Shown one piece after another: positions 1 to 7,188 of a stretch of 64,000 nt of DNA. A program made the translations under genes and the position numbers. Source of the stretch: a virus; IMG/VR virus record IMGVR_UViG_3300008952_000012, positions 1 to 64,000 of that record. The stretch is one strand, 5' to 3'. Positions within the stretch are counted from its first letter, which is position 1. Every line of letters starts with the position of its first letter. A model generated the notes under the pieces. That model had not been told where the DNA came from and did no database searches. It saw only the letters and a list, made by a program, of their open reading frames with translations.

Positions 1-112
1 ACGACTCTGGCGGTCGGTCGAGAAGAGGGGGAAAGTTCTGAACGAAATTGATCTGCTCTTCAGTCAGATCGTGATCGTCATGGGCGATACTGGTGAATAC
101 GGTGTTAGGCAT
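1..112 (-). CDS. Hypothetical protein, truncated by the window edge (MPNTVFTSIAHDD...)
   Basis: ATG at 112 with RBS AAGGAG; open to position 1; lies downstream of promoter motif copy 1. Confidence 0.5.
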   Translation of the reverse strand, partial: MPNTVFTSIAHDDHDLTEEQINFVQNFPPLLDRPPES

Positions 113-165
113 ATGAACTCCTTCAGGGTGGTAAACGGCTAAGAGGTAGATCCCTTAGCATCATT

Positions 166-194
166 CTTATACCCACATATAGGAGCTGTTTTGC
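166..194 (-). promoter_or_regulatory. Repeated promoter-like motif GCAAAACAGC-N14-ATAAG, copy 1
   Basis: Identical 10-mer and spacing in three intergenic copies; followed by hairpin GCTAAG...CTTAGC (138-159). Confidence 0.7.
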
Positions 195-361
195 TACTTT
201 TTCTCTGCCTCTTCCCAGGCTTTTAGGAGGGCCCGACAAAGCTGTGTGATCATCGCCGCTTGGTCTGAGTTCATAATGTTTAATCTTCGGGTGCTTGCCT
301 TACTCAACCACTCCTCGACGGTCTTCTTATCTAGTTTTTTTGGAGGAATAGGACCCGACAT
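194..361 (-). CDS. Small hypothetical protein (55 aa, MSGPIPPKKLDKK...)
   Basis: Hand-translated ORF filling the gap between the terminator and promoter copy 1; weak RBS. Confidence 0.45.
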   Translation of the reverse strand: MSGPIPPKKLDKKTVEEWLSKASTRRLNIMNSDQAAMITQLCRALLKAWEEAEKK

Positions 362-428
362 TAATACAGCCTTCAGTTAAGGTATGTATTATTATTACTC
401 GGTAATAGAGCACAGTCGAATACCACAT

Positions 429-455
429 AAAAAAGGGGGCACTAGGCCCCCCTTT
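429..455 (-). terminator. Intrinsic terminator
   Basis: GGGGGC-CTAGT-GCCCCC hairpin followed by T6 on the minus strand, immediately after the stop of 458..970. Confidence 0.75.
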
Positions 456-457
456 CA

Positions 458-970
458 TTATGTACTAGATACAATTTTTCGTCGCCTGACATGAAATGTT
501 GGGCTAACTGGAACGGCTCGTGTGCCGAGGATACAGAAATTGTATCCCAGATCGCACACCTTACCTTCAACGCCTATAACCGTTTGCGCCTTGGTTGCCG
601 TCGCCCAGGAAACGATGCCGAGCTTCTCGCCCTTGGTCCCCGTGCCTCCATACCAGAAGTCGGCGCTGAGCCTGATCCAGCCAGAGTTTTCTAGGGATTT
701 CCACAAATCCATTGCGGCATCCATGCTGCGGGTTGTTTTTCTGGAGGGGGCGATTGAGCCCGCCTGTGTCATGACCAACACCCGCCTGTTCGGCTGTATT
801 ACGAAAATATATACGAACGGTGTTTGGCCGCAAGCTGCGCTATTGTCGTCGCGCATTAAACTTCTGCATGACTGTTCGCCAATGCTGGACGGATCTACAA
901 TAAGTTGAGCCGTTTCGACCTGTGTAAGATTGAACGTTGTTGGCTTGGGCCGTGGCTCAATGTTCTCCAT
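458..970 (-). CDS. Hypothetical protein (weak WGR-like segment)
   Basis: ATG at 970 has a GGAGG RBS (better than the track start at 1051); segment VLVMTQAGSIA...AMDLWKSLENSGW loosely resembles WGR domains. Confidence 0.55.
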   Translation of the reverse strand: MENIEPRPKPTTFNLTQVETAQLIVDPSSIGEQSCRSLMRDDNSAACGQTPFVYIFVIQPNRRVLVMTQAGSIAPSRKTTRSMDAAMDLWKSLENSGWIRLSADFWYGGTGTKGEKLGIVSWATATKAQTVIGVEGKVCDLGYNFCILGTRAVPVSPTFHVRRRKIVSST

Positions 971-1089
971 TAAACTCGCCTCCTTTGTGTTTTTGTTTTC
1001 TGCTCCTACCCTTGAGCAGATCATACCCTCTTGTATGGTGGTGACCGGCATAGTTTCCGGTTCTTAAGGCGAGACCGAGACTGGGTAGG

Positions 1090-1290
1090 CTACGTGTCTT
1101 GATCTCCTTCTTCATCTTCTTGTTCTTCACGCCATCCTCCGTTGCAGTGCGCTTTGATTTCTAGGTAGGTACATGCTTTGCACCAGCTACCCAGCTTAGT
1201 AGTGATATTATATTTTACGTCGTCTGTTTTGCCGCATCCGGAGCATTCCAAACTCTTATTCTCCCAATCAGCGATGTAATTCAAAAACAT
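1090..1290 (-). CDS. Small CxxC...CxxC zinc-finger-like protein
   Basis: CSGC and CKAC pairs, acidic tail; RBS GAGGAAGGGA upstream. Confidence 0.6.
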   Translation of the reverse strand: MFLNYIADWENKSLECSGCGKTDDVKYNITTKLGSWCKACTYLEIKAHCNGGWREEQEDEEGDQDT

Positions 1291-1337
1291 ATTACTGTCC
1301 CTTCCTCATGGTAATACTTCTTCAGTATTATGAAAAT

Positions 1338-1679
1338 ATGAAGAAGTTATCATTAGTAACAATGGTCCTCTCTTTTTTGGCAGCCGGTTGTTGCACAGTG
1401 GGCTGCAACAGCACAAAGGGAGCTAAGGTTGAAAACCCCCTGGTTTGCCAATGGACAATTATTACCATGCAGAAGGGCATGTCCGTAGTCACCGATGGAA
1501 ATCCTACGAAAAAGAGTGTAGAAGAGTTAGTAAGTTCTGGAGTAGGATTTTCACAACGGGTAGAACGGGAAATGCACTGTCAGCCACACAGTTCGGGAAG
1601 CAGCATTAAGCTACTCCCGCACAACGGTAAGCCCAAGGAGCCCAAGACAAAGGGAACCTGGGTACGAAATGACATTTAG
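1338..1679 (+). CDS. Putative lipoprotein
   Basis: MKK + hydrophobic stretch + lipobox LAAG-C when started at ATG 1338. Confidence 0.6.
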   Translation: MKKLSLVTMVLSFLAAGCCTVGCNSTKGAKVENPLVCQWTIITMQKGMSVVTDGNPTKKSVEELVSSGVGFSQRVEREMHCQPHSSGSSIKLLPHNGKPKEPKTKGTWVRNDI

Positions 1680-1698
1680 TGGTATTAGGGAGTAATAA

Positions 1699-1998
1699 TT
1701 GGCTTTTTGGGATGCATCAGCTTTAGTAGACGCTGACACAGGTGAGACCAAGTCCTTTGTACTTCAGGCTCCCGACGACTACTCCGAGGAGAAGGTCAGG
1801 AGCACCATTCTAGAGGTGCATCCTGAGTACCTTAACCTCGATCTCGTGAGTATTGAGAAGCCTGACTGGATTCCACGCGCTTACGGAGAAGAGGAAGAGA
1901 GTGACCCTAAAGAGACTTTCTCGCGTGCTCAAGCTCAACAAGCAACGGACGCAGCCAGTTCCAAGAAGCGTCGTTTAGCTGGAAAGTTGTCGAGCTAG
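1699..1998 (+). CDS. Hypothetical acidic protein
   Basis: TTG start with AGGGAG RBS; protein-like composition; 3' end overlaps the convergent ORF 1907..2149. Confidence 0.5.
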   Translation: MAFWDASALVDADTGETKSFVLQAPDDYSEEKVRSTILEVHPEYLNLDLVSIEKPDWIPRAYGEEEESDPKETFSRAQAQQATDAASSKKRRLAGKLSS

Positions 1999-2149
1999 AC
2001 CCCGACCCCAGTTGCACTAACACTCCGGGGCTAAATCCGATTGCTGCTACACCAAATTTGGCAAGCAGCGCCCTATCCTCTTCAACCCGGTTACCCAGCT
2101 TGTCTTTATCATGAAGCAGATACCTAGGCGTGTAGTCTGGATCAGTCAT
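1907..2149 (-). CDS. Hypothetical protein
   Basis: Coupled to the upstream gene by a TAATG overlap at 2149. Confidence 0.6.
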   Translation of the reverse strand: MTDPDYTPRYLLHDKDKLGNRVEEDRALLAKFGVAAIGFSPGVLVQLGSGSSSTTFQLNDASWNWLRPLLVELEHARKSL

Positions 2150-2778
2150 TACTTACCCTCCAAGGCGTCGGCTTTTCGTCTTCCCGCTTCAGTCAGCTTG
2201 TAGGCATCACCGGACTTTTCGATAAGGCCTCCGGCCATCGCTTCCTGCAGGCCATTGACTCCGCCATTTTCGCCGTAGCCACCCATATTCTTAATCGCCA
2301 TGGTTGCCTCCTTAGCCCCTTGGAGGAAGAAGGCTACCTTGTCCCTGACGAGCATCACTAGATCACCAAAGCCCCAACACTCACGCGTGCGTAAGTGTGA
2401 GGGTCTTTGTATGTACTGGGCTTGATGCGGCATTACGCTCTTAAGAACGGCCCGCATTGCAGGACCGCCAACTGGCTCCGCCAAGTCCCTGATGTTTTCG
2501 GAGTTGGCCAGCCGCGTCATGGCTTTACTGCCAGGGAACCCATGCTTGCCGTGGTTACGCCACGCTCCTGGGGTAGCCTCTCCGAAGTCCCCGCATTCTG
2601 AATGATCCTCGGGGGCGCGAACCTCAACTGGGTTACCAGCCGCTATTATCGACTCTTTTATTTCCTTACCTGTCTTTGCTATCTCACGCCGAAGGGAGTC
2701 GGAGCCCATGGGGCCACGCCTTTGGGCGCGGTTTATTTCTTCTACCTTTGTTTCTGGGGGTGAGTGGTCTTTTTGCAT
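2149..2778 (-). CDS. Hypothetical protein with C-terminal winged-helix-like motif
   Basis: C-terminal GLIEKSGDAYKLTEAGR resembles the wing of wHTH domains; sits in a tightly packed operon. Confidence 0.55.
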   Translation of the reverse strand: MQKDHSPPETKVEEINRAQRRGPMGSDSLRREIAKTGKEIKESIIAAGNPVEVRAPEDHSECGDFGEATPGAWRNHGKHGFPGSKAMTRLANSENIRDLAEPVGGPAMRAVLKSVMPHQAQYIQRPSHLRTRECWGFGDLVMLVRDKVAFFLQGAKEATMAIKNMGGYGENGGVNGLQEAMAGGLIEKSGDAYKLTEAGRRKADALEGK

Positions 2779-2791
2779 CTTCTTTCCATTC

Positions 2792-3058
2792 TTATTGGTT
2801 ATCTACGTCTCTGTTCTCTAGCTTACTAGCTGCACTATCAACGCTGTCCGCCTGTCTAGGCATACCTTGTGCTCTGAGCCTCCCCGCGTATTCGCGGAGG
2901 TCTTTGGCTTCGGCTAGGTTATAATCAGGGCGTTTCCGCTCCTCATCCTTACACTCCATACAGATCCATTCGGTGCTGTACATAGACATAATGTGTGCAG
3001 TGGCAGCCGCTTTACAGCGATGACACTTGCCTTTCCAACGGTTAGGCATCGGTTTCAT
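2792..3058 (-). CDS. Small Zn-binding protein (CxxC-IMSM-ICxxC family)
   Basis: CHRC...IMSMYSTEWICMECK..E pattern; RBS GGAGG upstream. Confidence 0.7.
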   Translation of the reverse strand: MKPMPNRWKGKCHRCKAAATAHIMSMYSTEWICMECKDEERKRPDYNLAEAKDLREYAGRLRAQGMPRQADSVDSAASKLENRDVDNQ

Positions 3059-3218
3059 GCTCCACCTCCTCTAAGTCATCCCCACGACCACACCCAAGAC
3101 AAAGAGGACCCTCTTCGTCGTGGGGTGCGTCGCCGCAGAGAAAGGTTGCATCGCACCAAGTGCAATGAAGTTCGAGAGTAGGCGTTACACAAGACATCGA
3201 AGTCGCCAACTGGAGCAT
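3042..3218 (-). CDS. Small zinc-finger-like protein (58 aa), not in ORF track
   Basis: MLQLATSMSCVTPTLELHCTWCDATFLCGDAPHDEEGPLCLGCGRGDDLEEVEHETDA; CxxC...CxxC; RBS AGGAG. Confidence 0.55.
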   Translation of the reverse strand: MLQLATSMSCVTPTLELHCTWCDATFLCGDAPHDEEGPLCLGCGRGDDLEEVEHETDA

Positions 3219-3317
3219 GATGGACGCTCCTGTTGAGTATTAATAATAGCCTCTGCCCAATCACAAAGTTCGCCGAGTGTCTCCATATTCCCATCTACAA
3301 TAGTGCTTATGACTCCC

Positions 3318-3779
3318 TCAATCTCCCGCCTCTTCAGGCTCGTACATTGGCGGAGTTGGGGATAGTCGTTTCCTGGGCCTGATGATGTCAGTGATGTCTG
3401 ATAAATTAATTCTTCCATGAGAATCTCCGTCCCATAAGGGCGCTAGTTTGATTGTTTTCTTTGTTACATCAGCTACGACGCGGGTGCGGTAGCCGTTCCT
3501 AAAGAATGAAATAATGTCGCCCTTTTTGGGCGTGTTCTTTCCATACGGCGGCTGTGCGCGATAGATGACTTTGAACTCGCCTGCTTCAAGCGTGATCCAT
3601 GCTTTGCATAGGATATTTTTGAACCACTTCTTGAACTCAGTAGCGTTCCATCTTCCACTAGCGCATCGGTTGGTCTTGAACCAACTAACAAGCTCATCGC
3701 TTAGCTCCACATCGATAATCATCTTATCGACTTCCGCGTTTACTTCTACAATGGAGATGGTGTGGTTCTCCTTAGTCAT
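3318..3779 (-). CDS. Hypothetical protein with C-terminal SH3/KOW-like domain
   Basis: ATG 3779 has an AAGGAG RBS; KGDIISFF..RVVADV..TIKL..GRINLSDI is an SH3-like beta pattern. Confidence 0.6.
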   Translation of the reverse strand: MTKENHTISIVEVNAEVDKMIIDVELSDELVSWFKTNRCASGRWNATEFKKWFKNILCKAWITLEAGEFKVIYRAQPPYGKNTPKKGDIISFFRNGYRTRVVADVTKKTIKLAPLWDGDSHGRINLSDITDIIRPRKRLSPTPPMYEPEEAGD

Positions 3780-3806
3780 CGATTCACACTCCTTGGGTTT
3801 AAGAAT

Positions 3807-3855
3807 AAAAAAAGGCCCCAGAAGCAACCACCCGAAGGTGGCTGCCACTGGGACC
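3807..3855 (-). terminator. Strong intrinsic terminator downstream of the TROVE gene
   Basis: GGTCCCAG..GCAGCCACC-TTCG-GGTGGTTGC..CTGGGGCC-T7 (C-UUCG-G tetraloop). Confidence 0.85.
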
Positions 3856-3927
3856 ATAAAACCGCGCCCCACGTTGAAACGAAGGAGGCAATCTCAGCCT
3901 GCGGGCGGCTCGGCTTGGGGGTGAGAC

Positions 3928-5517
3928 TTAGACCAATGAGATGGCCTCGATCTCCTCCACAAACCTTTCTACGCTTTCGCCTTCAGGCTTATCGCCCTTA
4001 ACGAAGTTGGCAATGGTGTCGAAGACAGCATCGCTGAAGCCACCGACGTTGAGGATGTCCTCTCGGTCGTGGGCCTGCGTAGAATCATATGGTTGGATGT
4101 CAATGCACACCAACCGAGCGCTTGGATTGCGCTCCTTGTAGACGTTCCACTCCTGCATCACTGAGGTACCCTCTGACCGGTACCAATAGCCACGCTCCTC
4201 ACCCTCGGGGCGAACCCAAGACTCGTTATCACTAACGAACACAACGAGGTTACCGGTATGACCGGACTCATTGAGGTGACGAAGCGCTGAGGCGCAGTAG
4301 GTTCCACCGCCGCCATAAGAGGCGAGGAGCTTGGCGTTTTCGAAGACGCTTTCGCTTTGGAACTCCACTGAGTGAACAGCAGTATCGAACGGAACTACCG
4401 TGCAGCGGTTGCCCGCCTTGCGCTTGAAAGCGCTAGCAATCAGAGCAGCTACGTCAACACAGCGAACTGCGGACGTAGATCCCTTTCGGTACCCCGTAAT
4501 GGAACTTCCCATAGAGCCAGACACGTCTGGTAGGACGGCAATGTTACCCTCAACATCCGGGAGGTTCTCCATAGCGCAGTCGATAGCGCTTTCGAGCCCG
4601 TGCCGGATAGGAGCGGGGAGGTCATCAGACACGTTCGTGTACGCAGAGAAGATCTGGTACGGGAACACGCGAGACTTACGGATGGTCTCTTTGTCAGAGA
4701 GACGGGCCGCAACGACCTCAATGAGATCCGGATGCTCATCGAACACGTTGTGCCGAAGCGCTGTGTTCAAGTTCATCCGAGTCATATGCCATCCGGCGTG
4801 CCGGATAATGTCTGCCCAGTTGTCCGTGCTCAACTCTTTCGAGGTGAGCAGTTCAAACGGAACCCATGACACACCCTCAAAGGAAACGGCCTCGCCGTTC
4901 TTCCATCGAACGTAGTCACGAACTCGCATGGGCAAGTGCTCCATGTCGAAATCCTTGCCAATCAGGTAGGCGAACGTGGCGTTCTGGGCCGGGTCCGTTG
5001 CCTTCGGACGCACCATGTTGATGACGTCTCCGATGGAGGGCTTGTTGCCGACACTATCCCGAATAAGCTGCTCAGGTGTCCTAGAGGTGAGAAAGTTCTT
5101 CACCAGATTCTTGGGACCAGAGCCAAAGGACTTACGACCGGTGATACCGGAACGGACAACCTGGGCGAAGTTTCGCACCATCTTGCCGTTGTCGATAACA
5201 ACGGGGAAGACCTTCTTGAGAAGGTCAACGTCCTTAGAAGCGAGGTAGGCACACAGGACAGCGGGAGTGTCCTTCATGTGACCCTTGGTTCGGGCGAAGA
5301 TCGCAGCCTTGGCCGCGAACTCGTTATCTACCTCTTCCAACGTATTAAGGAAGCCAGCAAGCTGCTCCTCAGCCGTAGAGTACGCACCATCCGAAAAGGT
5401 TCCGGTTGTCACGTACTGTGCAATTCGATGTTTGGGCGGGAAGGCGTATGCCTCTCCGCCTGCCTTGTTGGTTGTATCAACAGGGCGGGTAGCCGTAGCA
5501 AACAAATCGGTATTCAT
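3928..5517 (-). CDS. rsr: Ro60/TROVE-vWA RNA-binding protein (Rsr-like)
   Basis: TROVE motifs HMKDTPA, DNGKMVRNF..VVRSG..GRKSFGS and RVFPYQ..AY; vWA MIDAS DVSGSM, GGGT, SDNESW, CIDIQPY..TQ, VGGFSD.VF; AGGAGG RBS. Confidence 0.95.
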   Translation of the reverse strand: MNTDLFATATRPVDTTNKAGGEAYAFPPKHRIAQYVTTGTFSDGAYSTAEEQLAGFLNTLEEVDNEFAAKAAIFARTKGHMKDTPAVLCAYLASKDVDLLKKVFPVVIDNGKMVRNFAQVVRSGITGRKSFGSGPKNLVKNFLTSRTPEQLIRDSVGNKPSIGDVINMVRPKATDPAQNATFAYLIGKDFDMEHLPMRVRDYVRWKNGEAVSFEGVSWVPFELLTSKELSTDNWADIIRHAGWHMTRMNLNTALRHNVFDEHPDLIEVVAARLSDKETIRKSRVFPYQIFSAYTNVSDDLPAPIRHGLESAIDCAMENLPDVEGNIAVLPDVSGSMGSSITGYRKGSTSAVRCVDVAALIASAFKRKAGNRCTVVPFDTAVHSVEFQSESVFENAKLLASYGGGGTYCASALRHLNESGHTGNLVVFVSDNESWVRPEGEERGYWYRSEGTSVMQEWNVYKERNPSARLVCIDIQPYDSTQAHDREDILNVGGFSDAVFDTIANFVKGDKPEGESVERFVEEIEAISLV

Positions 5518-5572
5518 GAGATCCTCCTAGATAGTTCATGACAAAGGTTGTGGTTATGGCGCAAAAAAAAGA

Positions 5573-5693
5573 CCCCGACAAGAGGTTGCTTAAGATGATC
5601 GGTGAGGTAGCAATGTTTCAAATGAATATTATTGAATAATACTCACCCACATTCTACTTCGTGCTTTGATGTAATCCTAAGCGGCATTCGGGG
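5573..5693 (-). ncRNA. Ro60-associated structured small RNA, copy C (121 nt, Y RNA-like)
   Basis: CCCC-GAAUGCC-GCUUAGGAU-UACAU-(72-nt loop)-AUCUUAAGC-AACCU-CUUGUC-GGGG, then a U tract. Confidence 0.75.
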
Positions 5694-5703
5694 AAAAGAA
5701 AAA

Positions 5704-5771
5704 GCTCCTGACAAGGTATTAGAGTAGTTGTATTTTGATTGGCAATGTAAACCACTCAGGCATTCAGGAGC
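5704..5771 (-). ncRNA. Ro60-associated structured small RNA, copy B (68 nt, Y RNA-like)
   Basis: GCUCCU-GAAUGCC-UGAGUGGUU-UACAU-(15)-AACUACUCU-AAUAC-CUUGUC-AGGAGC, then a U-rich spacer. Confidence 0.75.
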
Positions 5772-5781
5772 AAAATTAAAA

Positions 5782-5844
5782 GGCTGACAAGGAGTTGTTG
5801 AAGTTGTCATTATTTCGGTATGTAAACCTCAACGGCATTCAGCC
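5782..5844 (-). ncRNA. Ro60-associated structured small RNA, copy A (63 nt, Y RNA-like)
   Basis: GGCU-GAAUGCC-GUUGAGGUU-UACAU-(14)-AACUUCAAC-AACUC-CUUGUC-AGCC, then a U-rich spacer. Confidence 0.75.
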
Positions 5845-5925
5845 AAAACATAAATAACAGAAGGGCGACTCGACCCCCAGGAAGCAGATATATCACAGTA
5901 TTCTGTGAGCGTATATTAGTATACG

Positions 5926-5953
5926 TATATATCTACTCCCTAGGGGGAGTCAA
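5926..5953 (-). promoter_or_regulatory. Sigma70-type promoter for the RNA array and TROVE gene
   Basis: TTGACT-N16-TATATA on the minus strand, embedded in nested inverted repeats. Confidence 0.55.
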
Positions 5954-5965
5954 CAGGGAGGACCG

Positions 5966-6262
5966 CTACCGAAACATCGGGAGGCTTTTCTTAACCTCAA
6001 AGCGGGCGTCTCCGTGTAGCTTGCTCAACCAGAGCAGCCAACCACCAGAGAACTCTGTGGCCCACACCGACACGGTGCTTCGTCCATCCCCAGCCCGTAA
6101 TTCAATCCACTCAATGTCCTGGGGTGTGACACCGTGGTTCGCCCTGTTGTGTGGGCGAAAGTTAATGCCGTCTTCTGACAGCAGGTTAAGGTCTTGCGAG
6201 CTAATCTCGTTGATGAGACCTGCTCGCGGGATGTTAGAAATAACTTGGCCATAAATACTCAT
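5966..6262 (-). CDS. Hypothetical protein
   Basis: AAAGGAG RBS; downstream of promoter motif copy 2. Confidence 0.65.
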   Translation of the reverse strand: MSIYGQVISNIPRAGLINEISSQDLNLLSEDGINFRPHNRANHGVTPQDIEWIELRAGDGRSTVSVWATEFSGGWLLWLSKLHGDARFEVKKSLPMFR

Positions 6263-6338
6263 GGTTGCTCTCCTTTGGTTTCATACCACTGGGCTGGGGG
6301 TTCGGTTGGAGTAAGCGTAAAGGCTTCCTTCCATTATT

Positions 6339-6367
6339 CTTATCCCAATAAACATGTGCTGTTTTGC
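6339..6367 (-). promoter_or_regulatory. Repeated promoter-like motif, copy 2
   Basis: GCAAAACAGC-N14-ATAAG, directly after a terminator. Confidence 0.7.
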
Positions 6368-6379
6368 ACACCTCATAGC

Positions 6380-6410
6380 AAAAAAGAGGAAGGAGCTATT
6401 GCTCCTCCCC
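6380..6410 (-). terminator. Intrinsic terminator
   Basis: GGGGAGGAGC-AATA-GCTCCTTCCT hairpin followed by T6. Confidence 0.75.
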
Positions 6411-6457
6411 CTTCCCAATCTCCCAGCCAGGAGAATTAGCCGATGAATTCCGTGGGG

Positions 6458-6625
6458 CTAAGCCTTAGCGGTGGAAGCCTTCTTGCGGCGACCGAGGCGG
6501 GGCATCTTGACCTTACCGAGCTTACGCTCAGTAGCCTCGATTCCACGGACGGTTGCGTGGACAGCCGTGTACGCAACACCAAGAGTGACAGCCAACTTGA
6601 CGAGTTCGATTCCAAATTTACCCAT
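6458..6625 (-). CDS. Small basic membrane-anchored protein (55 aa), not in ORF track
   Basis: AAGGAGG RBS; MGKFGIELVKLAVTLGVAYTAVHATVRGIEATERKLGKVKMPRLGRRKKASTAKA; flanked by its own promoter and terminator. Confidence 0.7.
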   Translation of the reverse strand: MGKFGIELVKLAVTLGVAYTAVHATVRGIEATERKLGKVKMPRLGRRKKASTAKA

Positions 6626-6688
6626 GATATTCCTCCTTCAAGGACAAGTGGTGTAAGTCGAGAAAACCGTAAGGTTTCCCTCATAATA

Positions 6689-6717
6689 CTTATGCCTAAA
6701 AAAGGGGGCTGTTTTGC
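6689..6717 (-). promoter_or_regulatory. Repeated promoter-like motif, copy 3
   Basis: GCAAAACAGC-N14-ATAAG, followed by hairpin GAGGGAAACC-TTAC-GGTTTTCTC. Confidence 0.7.
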
Positions 6718-6783
6718 ACTATATTAGGGGGTAATAAGTACTAGGTAATAAACGCCCGAAGGCGCATAAGAGGGATTCGTGGC

Positions 6784-7188
6784 TTAGAACGTTGAATCTG
6801 CTGTTGAAAACAGAAACACCGTATCTCCACCAAGGAAAGATGCTTTCCCTTTCTCGAATCCCATTCTTGATGCTAGCTCTCCTGCTAACTGATTTAATAC
6901 CTCTTCCATCAGCCTGTCTTCAGGCGACACGAGGATCTCTTCGTTAGGTATGCATATGCGTAACCTTCCAAACTGATCCTCTACGAGGAAGTGCCCGCTT
7001 CGGGTATAACCCTTGACTACACACCTGGACACAATATTAGCGGCATGTAATAACCGAACCTTGATGGCCATGTTGGATGTTGGAAACAACCAAACTACTG
7101 GACGCAGCAAGAGCGTCGGCAGTGTGTAGAGTGCTAGCACCGTTAATACTATTGAAGCCAAGATGATCAGCAGGATCTTAAAGGTCAT
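6784..7188 (-). CDS. Hypothetical protein with N-terminal TM segment
   Basis: Hydrophobic N-terminus; ATGA overlap with the upstream small gene. Confidence 0.6.
   Translation of the reverse strand: MTFKILLIILASIVLTVLALYTLPTLLLRPVVWLFPTSNMAIKVRLLHAANIVSRCVVKGYTRSGHFLVEDQFGRLRICIPNEEILVSPEDRLMEEVLNQLAGELASRMGFEKGKASFLGGDTVFLFSTADSTF

Noticed and set aside
3185-3418. 77-aa ORF from the track
   Set aside because: Overlaps 101 nt of the coherent SH3-like C-terminus of 3318..3779; a better zinc-finger ORF exists at 3042..3218.
4400-5541. Plus-strand ORFs of 171 and 201 aa opposite the TROVE gene
   Set aside because: Antisense shadows of a conserved gene, with no RBS and no motifs.
5573-5844. Repeat array read as a CRISPR array
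   Set aside because: The units are not identical direct repeats with unique spacers; conservation is structural with covarying stems, and no cas genes are present.
5860-5880. GGGGGTCGAGTCGCCC as a tRNA T-arm or YrlA-like domain
   Set aside because: The stem does not pair as 5 bp around a 7-nt loop, and no acceptor or D-arm is visible.
6436-6727. Track ORFs 6436..6684, 6443..6727 and 6471..6656
   Set aside because: They span a promoter and hairpin; the frame with a perfect RBS is 6458..6625.
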